DNA of 19,873 nucleotides, from the IMG/VR virus record IMGVR_UViG_2695420411_000003. One strand, given 5' to 3'. The stretch is from a virus (Duplodnaviria; Heunggongvirae; Uroviricota; Caudoviricetes). Below, piece after piece: positions 7,870 through 17,822 of the stretch. The position numbers and the translations under genes were made by a program. The notes under the pieces are model-generated. The model was not told where the DNA came from and did no database searches. It was given only the letters and a program-made list of their open reading frames with translations. Positions within the stretch are counted from its first letter, which is position 1. Each line of letters begins with the position of its first letter.

Positions 7870-9879
7870 TTACGCCGTACATTTCACCAGACCGCGGTGA
7901 TCAACTGGCGCGACACCGGCGTCAATACGCACTTTCGTTGTCACGCCATCCACACTGAAGCCCTCCATCTGATCAATATATGGCGTATCCACACCGTTGA
8001 GATAAGCCACTTCAATCGTATCGGAGCCTTTTGACGCAGCCAGGTAGAAGGTGGTCTGGCTGTTATCATCAAGACGAGGCTCTGCAATAACGGTCGCAAA
8101 ATCTTTCACCGGGTTAATAATACCGGCGTTAATGTCAGCCCCCTTGACACTTGAGGAGCGAATGACCTGGTTAGCAACAGACTCCATCGCCGTCGGTACC
8201 AGTACGAACGCAGGACGAATATTCAGATGACGCTCCCCCTCTTTCTGAACGCGCATCAACTGGCGGGCTTTATCCAGCGATGCCACGTCCATTGCAGCGC
8301 TCTCCAGTACGTTTGCATGTTTCGCTTTATCGAACAGACTTACATTATCTGTGGAGATTTTCGGGTTAGACGTCAGAATGGCATAAACCAGATCGGCAAT
8401 AGTGGATTTCGCCGCACGGCCCAGTTTCATCGGGACATCGGTCAGCATATTCAGATCATCATTGATAATGGCCTGACGGGTGATACTGAACAGCTCGCCA
8501 TAGGTCGCCAGTGCAATAGTGGCCTGTTTATCTCCGGTGGTGACGTATTTATATTCCGCCCCTTCACGCACCTGACGCAGAGCACTGAAGCCACCCATAC
8601 CCACACGATGGGCAATTTTAAAATCAGACAACTGACCTTTCCGCGTCCACTGTTCATAGGTTTCAGGGGCATCTTCCCAGCCCTGCAGAATGGCTTTGTT
8701 CGCAACATCCAGCAGAATATTACCGAAGTCAGACGTACTGTGTGTGAACGCCGCACCGACCATCTGCATCGGGTTATAACTGGAAACCCCAATACCCCGT
8801 TCAGTCAGTGACATACGGGCATATTCACGCAGGGTCATCCCGTTGTAGACATTATCACGTTCGGTTTTTTCAAATCCGGCACGCGCCATCAGCGCCTGGC
8901 GGATCCCGTCCCCCACAAAATTACCGTTACCGGCATAAATATGAGCCGGGGTATTTTTATTGGATGGCGTGGACTCGCGCCCCATCTCGTTCAACAGCTT
9001 TTCGCGGGCCTGCTCCAGCGAACATTCAGGATCGGCAAGACACTGAGCCTGCAGCGTCTGATAACGCCCGCCAAACATGGCAAACAGATCATTAATACCG
9101 TTTACACGCGCTTTTTGCTCTGCCAGTACCTGCGCACGGATGCTGTTTTCATCCACCACGGGTGCTGCTGCCTGCACTGGCGTCCGGGAGGCTTCAGGTT
9201 CATTATCCTGTACGCGTGGAGCACTGTTGCGTGGCGGAGTAATCATGTTTCGAATGGATTCCGGCATCTTTTTAAATTCCTCTGTACGTTTTGACTGAAT
9301 ACATGCCATTGCCTTAACGGCTGGCGTTACCTGATCAGCAAATCCATGTGCCAGACATTCGGCACCGGACATCCAGGTCTCATCCGCCAGCATGGCAGCA
9401 ATTTCATCGGTGGTTTTCCCGGTTTTCTGTGCATAAGCGGGTAACAGAACCGCCTCAACTTTATCGAGCAGGTCGGCATAGGTGCGCATGTCCTCCGCAT
9501 CACCGCCCGTAAAGCCAAATGGTTTATGAATCATCATGAAGGTGTTTTCCGGCATAATGACCGGGTTTCCCACCATCGCAATGACCGACGCCATTGACGC
9601 CGCCACACCGTCGACATAAACGGTAATGGACGCACCATGTGTTTTCAGCGCATTAAAAATGGCGATGCCTTCAAAGACATCGCCACCCGGTGAATTAATA
9701 TGGAGATTAATGTGGGTGATATCGCCCAGTGCATTCAGATCACTGATAAACTGCTTCGCTGTAACACCCCAGAAACCAATCTCGTCATAAATATAAATAT
9801 CCGCGTCACTCTGGTGACCAGCCTGCATCCTGAACCAGGAATTATTCTTCGGACTGGTCGTCGGTGTGCTGCGGCTCAT
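7870..9879 (-). CDS. Prohead protease (ClpP/S14-like) fused to HK97-fold major capsid protein
   Basis: N-terminal part ...DIYIYDEIGFWGVTAKQF...INSPGGDVFEGIAIFNALK...MASVIAMVGNPVIMPENTFMMIHKP... looks like a ClpP-family serine protease; the C-terminal roughly 340 aa look like an HK97-type capsid protein. Start is uncertain: ATG 9877-9879 overlaps the portal by 38 nt, alternative ATG 9826-9828 lies 13 nt after the portal stop. The track start at 10089 is rejected because it reads deep into the portal. Confidence 0.8.
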   Translation of the reverse strand: MSRSTPTTSPKNNSWFRMQAGHQSDADIYIYDEIGFWGVTAKQFISDLNALGDITHINLHINSPGGDVFEGIAIFNALKTHGASITVYVDGVAASMASVIAMVGNPVIMPENTFMMIHKPFGFTGGDAEDMRTYADLLDKVEAVLLPAYAQKTGKTTDEIAAMLADETWMSGAECLAHGFADQVTPAVKAMACIQSKRTEEFKKMPESIRNMITPPRNSAPRVQDNEPEASRTPVQAAAPVVDENSIRAQVLAEQKARVNGINDLFAMFGGRYQTLQAQCLADPECSLEQAREKLLNEMGRESTPSNKNTPAHIYAGNGNFVGDGIRQALMARAGFEKTERDNVYNGMTLREYARMSLTERGIGVSSYNPMQMVGAAFTHSTSDFGNILLDVANKAILQGWEDAPETYEQWTRKGQLSDFKIAHRVGMGGFSALRQVREGAEYKYVTTGDKQATIALATYGELFSITRQAIINDDLNMLTDVPMKLGRAAKSTIADLVYAILTSNPKISTDNVSLFDKAKHANVLESAAMDVASLDKARQLMRVQKEGERHLNIRPAFVLVPTAMESVANQVIRSSSVKGADINAGIINPVKDFATVIAEPRLDDNSQTTFYLAASKGSDTIEVAYLNGVDTPYIDQMEGFSVDGVTTKVRIDAGVAPVDHRGLVKCTA

Positions 9880-11350
9880 GTCGTTTCGTTGCGGCACTGC
9901 TGCCTCCTTTATCACTGGCCGGATCGGTATCAAATACCAGATCCAGCTTGCGGTTTTCATCAATTTCGGCCTTGCGCCGACGTTTGACATCATCCGGATT
10001 ACGACCACCAGCACGTACCCAGTCTGATTCTGTCGCCGCTCCACCACGAATCTGGATTTTCCAGGCCTCAGCCTCCTTAACAGGGTCAATCCACGGCATC
10101 ACCGGTCCGGAATACACCGCGGTATACAGTGAAGAACGGTCAAGATCGCGGGGTAGCCTGATAACACCGGATGCCACAGCCTGTTTCAGCCAGGCACGAT
10201 ACATCGGACGGGTGACGGCACCAATAAACCAGTCCTGCAGGATCAGGTAGCCATCAGTGGATTCAACCAGCTCCTGACGCTGGGCGCTGTAAGTGCCGTT
10301 ATAGTTGCGCGCTGTACTGGAAAAACTCAGACGACTGCCCGCCGCCACGGCACGCAACTGACCATTACGAAAAGTTTCAAGGTTAGGATTGGGGCGATCC
10401 GACTTCACCATTCCGATTTCTTCGCCGGGTTTCAGATCATCGTAAATAATGCCTGGCTGAATGGTAAGCTCGCGTTCCTTATCCTTGCTGCCATTACCAT
10501 CCGCTTCATAGCTCTGCCCGTCGCCTTTCCGGATGTACATCCCCAGAGCAGCGGCGATCCTTGCTGCAGTCAGCTCAGAATCTTCATACTCTTTCAGAGC
10601 ACTGAGGCGGATCAGCACACCGGACAATAAAGACGTCCCGCGCATCTGGTGCAGACGGCGAACAAATTTAAGATGCAGCATTCGCTCTGCATCCACTTCT
10701 TTGGTTTCCATCTGCCGTCCGGATACGGGACGGCTTTTATACACCAGATATTTTTCGGGACGCCCCCAGTCATCAACAAACACGCCCTGATTCAGCCTGT
10801 TGCTCTCATCACTGGTCATGGGAATAAAGTCCGGCTCGAGCGCCTCCAGCCAGAAATGAACACCGGCAGAAGGCGTCAGGCTGTTTATGCGCCCGGAAAC
10901 CATCTGGGCAAACACCTCACCATCGCGCAGCCAGGTACGAAGCATCAGACGTTCCAGCATCGGACGGGTAAACTGCCCGGTGACTTCCGGGCTGACAGAC
11001 CATTCACTCCATCGGGTGCGAATCTCCGCAGCCAGGTCACGGGCAATGGCCCCATTGCGTAATACCGGATGTGGCTCGACAATAATCCCGTTTTTCCCCA
11101 CCACCCGTTCTTCCAGCTTGTCAAATACACCAATAACCAGATCGTGGTTGTTATCAAGGTAACGGGCCTGCTCACGTAACGACACGGCCCCGTACTGGCT
11201 TAACTGGTCGGCAGTTCGGTTCTCCCGTCGGGCTTTGTGTGTCCGCGTCGTTTTTACGGCCTCATAAGCCTGGATCACCGCACGGGAACGCAGCCTTGCC
11301 GCTTTCCATCCTGGTGAAAAAACGCCAATCACATCATCAAGAATTGCCAT
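9842..11350 (-). CDS. Portal protein
   Basis: About 500-aa ORF between gpW and the capsid gene. Start placed at ATG 11348-11350 (MAILDDVIGVF...), which overlaps the W stop (TGATG). The track extension to 11422 would overlap W. Does not resemble remembered lambda gpB in sequence; assignment is by size, position and acidic C-terminus. Confidence 0.8.
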   Translation of the reverse strand: MAILDDVIGVFSPGWKAARLRSRAVIQAYEAVKTTRTHKARRENRTADQLSQYGAVSLREQARYLDNNHDLVIGVFDKLEERVVGKNGIIVEPHPVLRNGAIARDLAAEIRTRWSEWSVSPEVTGQFTRPMLERLMLRTWLRDGEVFAQMVSGRINSLTPSAGVHFWLEALEPDFIPMTSDESNRLNQGVFVDDWGRPEKYLVYKSRPVSGRQMETKEVDAERMLHLKFVRRLHQMRGTSLLSGVLIRLSALKEYEDSELTAARIAAALGMYIRKGDGQSYEADGNGSKDKERELTIQPGIIYDDLKPGEEIGMVKSDRPNPNLETFRNGQLRAVAAGSRLSFSSTARNYNGTYSAQRQELVESTDGYLILQDWFIGAVTRPMYRAWLKQAVASGVIRLPRDLDRSSLYTAVYSGPVMPWIDPVKEAEAWKIQIRGGAATESDWVRAGGRNPDDVKRRRKAEIDENRKLDLVFDTDPASDKGGSSAATKRHEPQHTDDQSEE

Positions 11351-11562
11351 CAGAACCTCGCCAGCCGATACCCGGGATGCCCCCGTCGTCGTGTAATCAG
11401 AGCCGCAAGGCGGCGCTCCCACTCCTGCCGTCCCTGCCGGATCTCAGATAAGTTTTCCATGGTCATCTGCTGACCATTAAAGGTGACGGATTTTCCGTCC
11501 AGCACCGCCATTTCAGCTTCCGTATAACGCTGAATCATGGCTTCGATATCATTCTGGTTCAT
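11350..11562 (-). CDS. W: Head-tail joining protein (lambda gpW-like)
   Basis: About 70 aa, ends ...ALITRRRGHPGYRLARF (compare lambda gpW ...RRRGPAGFYV). Start at ATG 11560-11562, overlapping the terminase stop as ATGA, with GGAGG 6 nt upstream. Confidence 0.75.
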   Translation of the reverse strand: MNQNDIEAMIQRYTEAEMAVLDGKSVTFNGQQMTMENLSEIRQGRQEWERRLAALITRRRGHPGYRLARF

Positions 11563-13658
11563 AACCATCCTCCGGAAGTCAGCCAGGGGTTAACATCGTC
11601 AGTTACTGTTTTCTTCCGTTTTTGTTTTTTAACAGGCGTGGATACCGGTTCCGGTGAGGATGACGGTTCGGTACTGTCCGGGACACACTCCAGCCAGGTT
11701 TCCCGGCTCGCCCACTCCGGTGCATCCGGCCAGCGGATCTTTTCGTATCCATGCAGAATGACCAGAGCCTCGGCATACACCATCAGGTCAAAAGCTTCGT
11801 TGGCACCGCGACCCGGCTTACTCCATTTCCCGTCACTGCTCCGCTCTTCATACGTCAGTTCGTCGTAAAACCAGCTCCCCAGCCAGTCAGGGAAATGCAC
11901 ATAGCCGGGACCTGGCGAGTCACGCCATAACGCGTTATTCACCCGGTCTTTCAGTGCATCCGTCTGAAGAAGCCAGAGCGGCACATCACCTGCGGCCTGC
12001 GCCCGTCGGCCCGTTCGTCCGGTGTTATCAGGGAATGTACGGGTGATCAGTTTTGCGCGCCGGATGCTGTCGCCCTTAAACAGGTAAATACGTTTACCAA
12101 GGCCATCACGACGGCAACGACGCCAGAATTTATAGGCATTATCAGTGACCCCGTCTTCACCGCCGGAGTCCACCGCCATTGCCATCAGTCGCATTTGTTG
12201 AGAAGGATCGGAGGCCAGCGGCCAGCTTTTATGAAAAACATCCGTCAGCAGGACATCCCAGTCTTCCGGATAGCTGGCCGGATCAATTCGCTGGCTCTCC
12301 CCGTCGCTGTCACCGCGCAATGACTGCGTGATGTTGTAACGATCAATAATCCAGCGTTCGCCACGGCTGCCATAGCCCGTTACCTGAACCACAAAACGGC
12401 GATGACGTCCCGCCTGCACATCCACTGTCGCCACAAGAAAATTAACGCCATCCGGCACACTGCGGGAAGGAACTGGCTCTGCCCGCTGCTCAAGCAGTTC
12501 ACTTTTTCGTTGCTCCATGCTGGCGCGGGGAAGATAAGGTAATCCCCAGTCGGTGTTGATAACCGCCCTGAGTGTTTCTTCACTTCCTGTCGCTTCATAC
12601 TCCTGTTCTGCAGTCAGTAATTTGTAAACCAGTTGCGCCCAGGTCTGATACGCAGCAGCTGGCCCTTCCATCCAGAAACTGGCGATACGGGAGCGGCGCG
12701 GTTCACCGGAAACGTTGCCGTTACAATCAATGACCTGACCTTCACGCAACCAGACTCCTGCACTATTGAGCTCACGCTTTTTCTCCGCCGTGATAATGCC
12801 GCTGCAGTGCGGGCAAAGTAGATACGCCGCCTCACTGGCTTTAAAGGGATCCGGTTCATTACGGTAGCCGGTCATGGCATCCATGGCTGGCTGAAAATAT
12901 TCACCGCAGTGCGGACATGGCCAGTACCAGCGGCGGCGGTCACCACGATTGTAAAGGGAAAGAATACCAGTCGTCGGTGGCGCTTCATGAGGCGACTTAC
13001 GTCGCCATTTGCTGTCGCAGATGTCACGTCCCGGCGAGCTCTCCACCAGAGTCATCCCGGCGGACATAAATGTGGTGGTACGTTTTGAGGCCAGGGAGAA
13101 ACCATCACCCTCGCTGTCGATATTCTCCGGAAAACGGTCGTAATCGGTTAAGGCGACAAACCGGTAATCCGACGACGACATAATGTTGACCGAGGGCCAA
13201 CCAATTTTAAGGAACGAGCCATCCCTGAACGTCTTATCATGGACATTATTGTCATTACGACGTGGACTCATTCTTTTCTTTACCGCCGCACTGCTTCTGA
13301 ACGTTCTGTCGAGGCGCTTTTTTGAATGCTCGCGGGCCTTATCTTCGGTCATCTGCACAACGAGCATGTCCGAAGGATCGCAAACGATGGTATAGACAAT
13401 CCATCCATCGATCAGACCAATGGTCTTCCCTGTTCGCGCAGGACCAACAAAAATCACCGCATCGTATTCACGCGATGCCAGGCAGTTCATGGGCTCAATG
13501 ATGTAGGGTGTCAGTTCAGGATCCCATGGCACCGAGTTACCAGCCCCCTTGGGAACACGCATGAATTTTTTAACAGCCTCCGAAATCGGCATGCGACGTG
13601 GTGGGGAAAATCCTGCCGATATGTCCCTTCCCAAATTTCGGGCTGATGAAAAACCCAT
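11559..13658 (-). CDS. Terminase large subunit (lambda gpA family)
   Basis: 699-aa ORF with Walker A-like VGPARTGKT, paired cysteines CPHCGEY...CPHCSG, and an acidic nuclease-like C-terminal half; GAGGAATA precedes the ATG; directly downstream of the small subunit. Confidence 0.88.
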   Translation of the reverse strand: MGFSSARNLGRDISAGFSPPRRMPISEAVKKFMRVPKGAGNSVPWDPELTPYIIEPMNCLASREYDAVIFVGPARTGKTIGLIDGWIVYTIVCDPSDMLVVQMTEDKAREHSKKRLDRTFRSSAAVKKRMSPRRNDNNVHDKTFRDGSFLKIGWPSVNIMSSSDYRFVALTDYDRFPENIDSEGDGFSLASKRTTTFMSAGMTLVESSPGRDICDSKWRRKSPHEAPPTTGILSLYNRGDRRRWYWPCPHCGEYFQPAMDAMTGYRNEPDPFKASEAAYLLCPHCSGIITAEKKRELNSAGVWLREGQVIDCNGNVSGEPRRSRIASFWMEGPAAAYQTWAQLVYKLLTAEQEYEATGSEETLRAVINTDWGLPYLPRASMEQRKSELLEQRAEPVPSRSVPDGVNFLVATVDVQAGRHRRFVVQVTGYGSRGERWIIDRYNITQSLRGDSDGESQRIDPASYPEDWDVLLTDVFHKSWPLASDPSQQMRLMAMAVDSGGEDGVTDNAYKFWRRCRRDGLGKRIYLFKGDSIRRAKLITRTFPDNTGRTGRRAQAAGDVPLWLLQTDALKDRVNNALWRDSPGPGYVHFPDWLGSWFYDELTYEERSSDGKWSKPGRGANEAFDLMVYAEALVILHGYEKIRWPDAPEWASRETWLECVPDSTEPSSSPEPVSTPVKKQKRKKTVTDDVNPWLTSGGWL

Positions 13659-13666
13659 TATTCCTC

Positions 13667-14194
13667 CTAGAGACTCTCTCCTTCCTCATCAGGAATTAAT
13701 TCAGCAGCACAAGCCTCGTAGGATTTTTCCTGAAGAGTGTATCGCAGGTCATCAATGGCCTGCTGTACAACGCCAACGGCCTGAGGAGTCAGGGCGCAAT
13801 CGCGTTCAAGAACATCCGGAATTGTCTCCAGAACCTGGACGACAGCCTTTCTCATGGACGAATAGACGATGACTACTTCATCAACGGGGATGAGTTTTCG
13901 CTGCTCCTTTTCCAGCTTGATCCTTTCATTTTCCGACTGGTACCAGTCCTTTCTCTCTTTCGGCTCCATACGGGATGGATCATGAACAGAGTCTGCTGCC
14001 TCATGCTTCACACTAAACAGGGCAGGCCCGACATGCTGCAGGGCGTAAACGGGGTTCCCCCTGACAGTCGCAGCCACAGGAGTGTTGGCCGCGAGGAGCC
14101 GTTTTTTTACTGTGTCCCAGTGAAGCCCAAAGGCCTCGGCGATTTTAAAAACACTCCAGTAATAAGCATCACCGATCCCGCTCACATTTGACAT
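13667..14194 (-). CDS. Terminase small subunit (lambda Nu1 / Noh-like)
   Basis: Start at internal ATG 14192-14194 (MSNVSGIGDAYYWSVFKIAEAFGLHWDTVKKRL, a winged-HTH-like N-terminus resembling Nu1) with GGAG 6 nt upstream; immediately upstream of the large subunit and about 200 bp from the cos candidate, as in lambda. Confidence 0.8.
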   Translation of the reverse strand: MSNVSGIGDAYYWSVFKIAEAFGLHWDTVKKRLLAANTPVAATVRGNPVYALQHVGPALFSVKHEAADSVHDPSRMEPKERKDWYQSENERIKLEKEQRKLIPVDEVVIVYSSMRKAVVQVLETIPDVLERDCALTPQAVGVVQQAIDDLRYTLQEKSYEACAAELIPDEEGESL

Positions 14195-14359
14195 AAGCAA
14201 CTCCATCTGGCAGGTGAAAATCAGGTTTATTTATATATTTCAATTAATTGCAAACTAGTCTAATGACAGGGAGAAAAAAATATTGTACAGCTGAAAAGAG
14301 AAATAACTTTTAATTATCAATAAATTACCAAACATGCTGCCGCCGCCATGGAAATGCAA

Positions 14360-14395
14360 AAACTAGCCTTTTTCCGCGACGCTCCCGCCCCGTGG
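14360..14395 (-). other. Candidate cosN cohesive-end site
   Basis: Minus-strand sequence ACGGGGCGGGAGCGTCGCGGAAAAAGG resembles remembered lambda cosN ACGGGGCGGCGACCTCGCGGGTTTTCG, and lies about 200 bp upstream of the small terminase start (lambda: about 190 bp). The AT-rich stretch 14207-14330 between them is where cosB/IHF sites would be. Confidence 0.45.
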
Positions 14396-14756
14396 CAGGG
14401 ACCCCCACTGGGAGGACCCGACAGCCTGACAACCGTGACGAGCATCTGAAACAGAGCTTTACATAATGGCATGGGGATAATTCAGAAGGACATCACAGCA
14501 TGCCCACACAAATTAGTGTGAGTGTCCTGTTTCTTACTACGCGCAGGACTGACGAGCATGAGGGGAAAATACGAGAACCGAAATGCCTTATCTTCAGAAA
14601 TGCAGCCGGCATCCGAACTGGACGATATTGTAAATTCACCTAAATACGAGGCATTGCTGTAGTTGAATTGCATTGCTGTATTAGCCTGACAGTGACAGAA
14701 TACGATATTGACTCTGTCACTTGTGAAATGGTCAGAATGGTTAGCAGTTATGGTGA

Positions 14757-14963
14757 TCAGTCAACCACCAGGGAATAATCCTTCGTATTCTTATCGTGCT
14801 TTACTAACGCGGCCTCAATTGCCCTGAATGCTTCCAGAGACACTTGATGTTCTATACATGCAATTACAACATCCGGGTAACCCATCGAAATGGTGCTATT
14901 AAGCATAGTTTTTACACGAACCTGCTCCTGGGAGGGGGCATCAGTGTATTGATCTTTATGCAT
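14757..14963 (-). CDS. Hypothetical small protein (moron), 68 aa
   Basis: [44 protein letters not shown]... with GGAG 8 nt upstream of the ATG; protein-like composition in an AT-rich block. No family recognised. Confidence 0.45.
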   Translation of the reverse strand: MHKDQYTDAPSQEQVRVKTMLNSTISMGYPDVVIACIEHQVSLEAFRAIEAALVKHDKNTKDYSLVVD

Positions 14964-15165
14964 TTTGTCGCTCCATGCGTTTGCTCTTCACTTACGGCTA
15001 AAAATATAACGTCAAATCACTCAGCATGAAAGAGTTAAAGATTCAGCGCGTTTCCCTTACATAATCTGTCGTTTGTATTCTCTTCAGGCATACCGGAAAG
15101 ACTAGGTATTGTCACACAACCAATACCATCGACAATCGAGATTTATACCTATTCGGTAATGTTTA

Positions 15166-15196
15166 AATATAACAAAACCCCGTAAAAACGAGGTTT
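15166..15196 (-). terminator. Terminator-like hairpin downstream of the GnsA/GnsB-family gene
   Basis: Minus-strand RNA AACCUCG-UUUUUA-CGGGGUU (7-bp stem including one G-U pair) followed by UUUGUUAUAU. Confidence 0.45.
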
Positions 15197-15256
15197 ATGG
15201 GTAATTTGTATTGTTGAATAGCATCTGATGAGAAATTGATGCTAATACTAAACAGA

Positions 15257-15430
15257 CTAGATTAAATCAATCTTGATATCATAGCTTTCAAGACCAGTCA
15301 TTTTTTCCCGTGCAGTAAACTGGATACTGGTAACTTCTTTCCCGGTCTTTTTCTTAAGCTCAATGATTTTTTTTGTTATATATTCAGAAATATCTGCTTC
15401 TGTTTTTGTTTTTAACTCTTCAATGTTCAT
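15257..15430 (-). CDS. GnsA/GnsB-family small protein
   Basis: MMNIEELKTKTEADISEYITKKIIELKKKTGKEVTSIQFTAREKMTGLESYDIKIDLI closely resembles remembered E. coli GnsA; AGAGGA directly upstream. The track N-terminal extension is rejected. Confidence 0.8.
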   Translation of the reverse strand: MNIEELKTKTEADISEYITKKIIELKKKTGKEVTSIQFTAREKMTGLESYDIKIDLI

Positions 15431-15602
15431 CATTTCCTCTTTTAGTCTGTTATGACTTTCCTGGTACACAGTAGTGTCAATTATATGGAGCAAACGTATA
15501 AAAGATAAGATGAAACATCGCAATAATCAACATACGACGGTCTAAATTTCACACAAACAGATAAAGATGATTATCATTTATTATCAATGCATTAGAATCA
15601 AA

Positions 15603-15794
15603 TCAATTCAAGAGTCTCATTGCTGCTTCCAGAATTTCTTCTGAAGTTACATGTCGATCCGCTGCTACATAAATGACTTTATGATCTCCGGTCAGAGATG
15701 GAAACCCTGCAGCCATTACAGTGAGGTGTGTTGTTTCGCCATTTGGATATTCACGCATGATGGTGTTAACTCCGGTCATCACTGGCACTACCAT
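15603..15794 (-). CDS. Hypothetical small protein upstream of the gns gene (possible YnfN/YmcE-like)
   Basis: 63-aa ORF, protein-like composition, co-oriented and adjacent to the gns gene as ymcE/gnsA and ynfN/gnsB are in E. coli K-12 (from memory). Start codon uncertain; no strong RBS found. Confidence 0.35.
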   Translation of the reverse strand: MVVPVMTGVNTIMREYPNGETTHLTVMAAGFPSLTGDHKVIYVAADRHVTSEEILEAAMRLLN

Positions 15795-15878
15795 TGCTGG
15801 TTCAGAGTTAAAAAAAACTATTATTTTTTTTCATAATGTTACCGTAATATGTGAGTATCCATCGACTAGACACTAAGC

Positions 15879-15900
15879 AAAAAAGCTCCCGAAGGAGCCT
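15879..15900 (-). terminator. Intrinsic terminator downstream of the csp gene and small Cys-rich ORF
   Basis: Minus-strand RNA GGAGC-UUCG-GGAGC (5-bp stem, UUCG tetraloop) followed by UUUUUU (plus 15879-15884 aaaaaa); begins 7 nt after the stop of ORF 15907..16161. Confidence 0.55.
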
Positions 15901-15906
15901 TCATTT

Positions 15907-16122
15907 TCACTTTCTTAAATCTAACGATAGACGGCTAACATTTAAGTATTGTGAAATATTATCAAATGTAATCATCATTGATTTACAAAAGATACATTTT
16001 GCCCCGAAAGGATTCCTGTCAGAAACATCAAAAGATGATGTTCTATACTGAGAACCATGGCAACACGGGCATCTAAAGTGAATATGGTTTGTAATATTTT
16101 CTACCTCAAAGTGCCACAACAT
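15907..16122 (-). CDS. Hypothetical small Cys-rich (zinc-ribbon-like) protein
   Basis: Motif HFRCPCCHG...(about 20 aa)...CIFCKS. An ORF of this length is unexpected in AT-rich DNA, and its stop is immediately followed by the terminator. Against it: no clear RBS, and the first ATG (16120-16122) overlaps the csp 3' end by 17 nt; the track start at 16161 is a TTG. Confidence 0.35.
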   Translation of the reverse strand: MLWHFEVENITNHIHFRCPCCHGSQYRTSSFDVSDRNPFGAKCIFCKSMMITFDNISQYLNVSRLSLDLRK

Positions 16123-16321
16123 GAACAGCCGCGGGGCCTTTAGGTCCGTTCTCAATACCAAATTCGACTTCCTGATTCTCAGTTAACGTTTTGAAATCGT
16201 TGCTCTGAATAGCTGAGAAATGGACAAACACATCTTTGCTACCATCTTTCGGCGTGATGAAACCAAAACCTTTTTCAGGGTTAAACCATTTCACTAAACC
16301 AGTCATTTTGTTAGACATCAT
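16106..16321 (-). CDS. CspA-family cold-shock protein
   Basis: [69 protein letters not shown] with RNP motifs KGFGFI and VFVHF; true start is probably the second ATG (16316-16318). A roughly 360-bp AT-rich upstream region is consistent with the long 5' UTR typical of csp genes. Confidence 0.9.
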   Translation of the reverse strand: MMSNKMTGLVKWFNPEKGFGFITPKDGSKDVFVHFSAIQSNDFKTLTENQEVEFGIENGPKGPAAVHVVAL

Positions 16322-16681
16322 TATTACCTTTTGAAGAAGTTAGCCCTTGGGCAGAATGGTCCGAAAAAAAATATCAGAGAGAAAAACCAACAAGGAAATC
16401 TCAAGAGGTACAAATAATAAAATTATAACAATGACTGCTTCAGATAATTTTGTAACAAACCAGAACACCATTAACGCATGATTAACCAACCATAGCAAGG
16501 ATTACTTTTGTAAAGAAAAACACACGAATGAAACAATAGCTTTATTTATTAATAAAACGTGTCATTCTGTCTAATGACCTTTTATCTTACCCTTAAGATT
16601 TCAAGGATTTTGACTCATGGAAGAGTCCTTTTTATTTAAATTTCACATTCAGCGCTAAAAATAATCCGATTTAATATTAAT

Positions 16682-17709
<1,028 letters not shown>

Positions 17710-17822
17710 GGATATTTATCAGGATTTATCGGCTTCAAATCCCCGGATATGTTAAATCTTACCTCACCAGTGATGGGCACTGGCGGGAGGAGGATGTCAA
17801 TCTGATAAACACAGAGGCGACT

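Noticed and set aside
9880-10089. N-terminal 70-codon extension of the protease-capsid ORF
   Set aside because: It would overlap the portal gene by about 250 nt and has an Arg/Val-rich, non-protein-like composition; the in-frame ATGs at 9877-9879 or 9826-9828 are more plausible starts.
11350-11422. N-terminal extension of the portal ORF to 11422
   Set aside because: It overlaps the gpW-like gene; the internal ATG at 11348-11350 overlaps the W stop (TGATG), the usual coupling arrangement.
14482-14673. 63-aa minus-strand ORF next to cos
   Set aside because: No RBS, low-complexity composition, and it contains the direct repeats that look like DNA or RNA signals rather than coding sequence.
16322-16681. 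Weak plus-polarity hairpin (gactc-atgg-aagagtc followed by T-rich sequence, about 16611-16640) in the csp upstream region
   Set aside because: Only a 5-bp stem in very AT-rich sequence with no plus-strand gene feeding into it; more likely part of the csp promoter or 5' UTR than a terminator.
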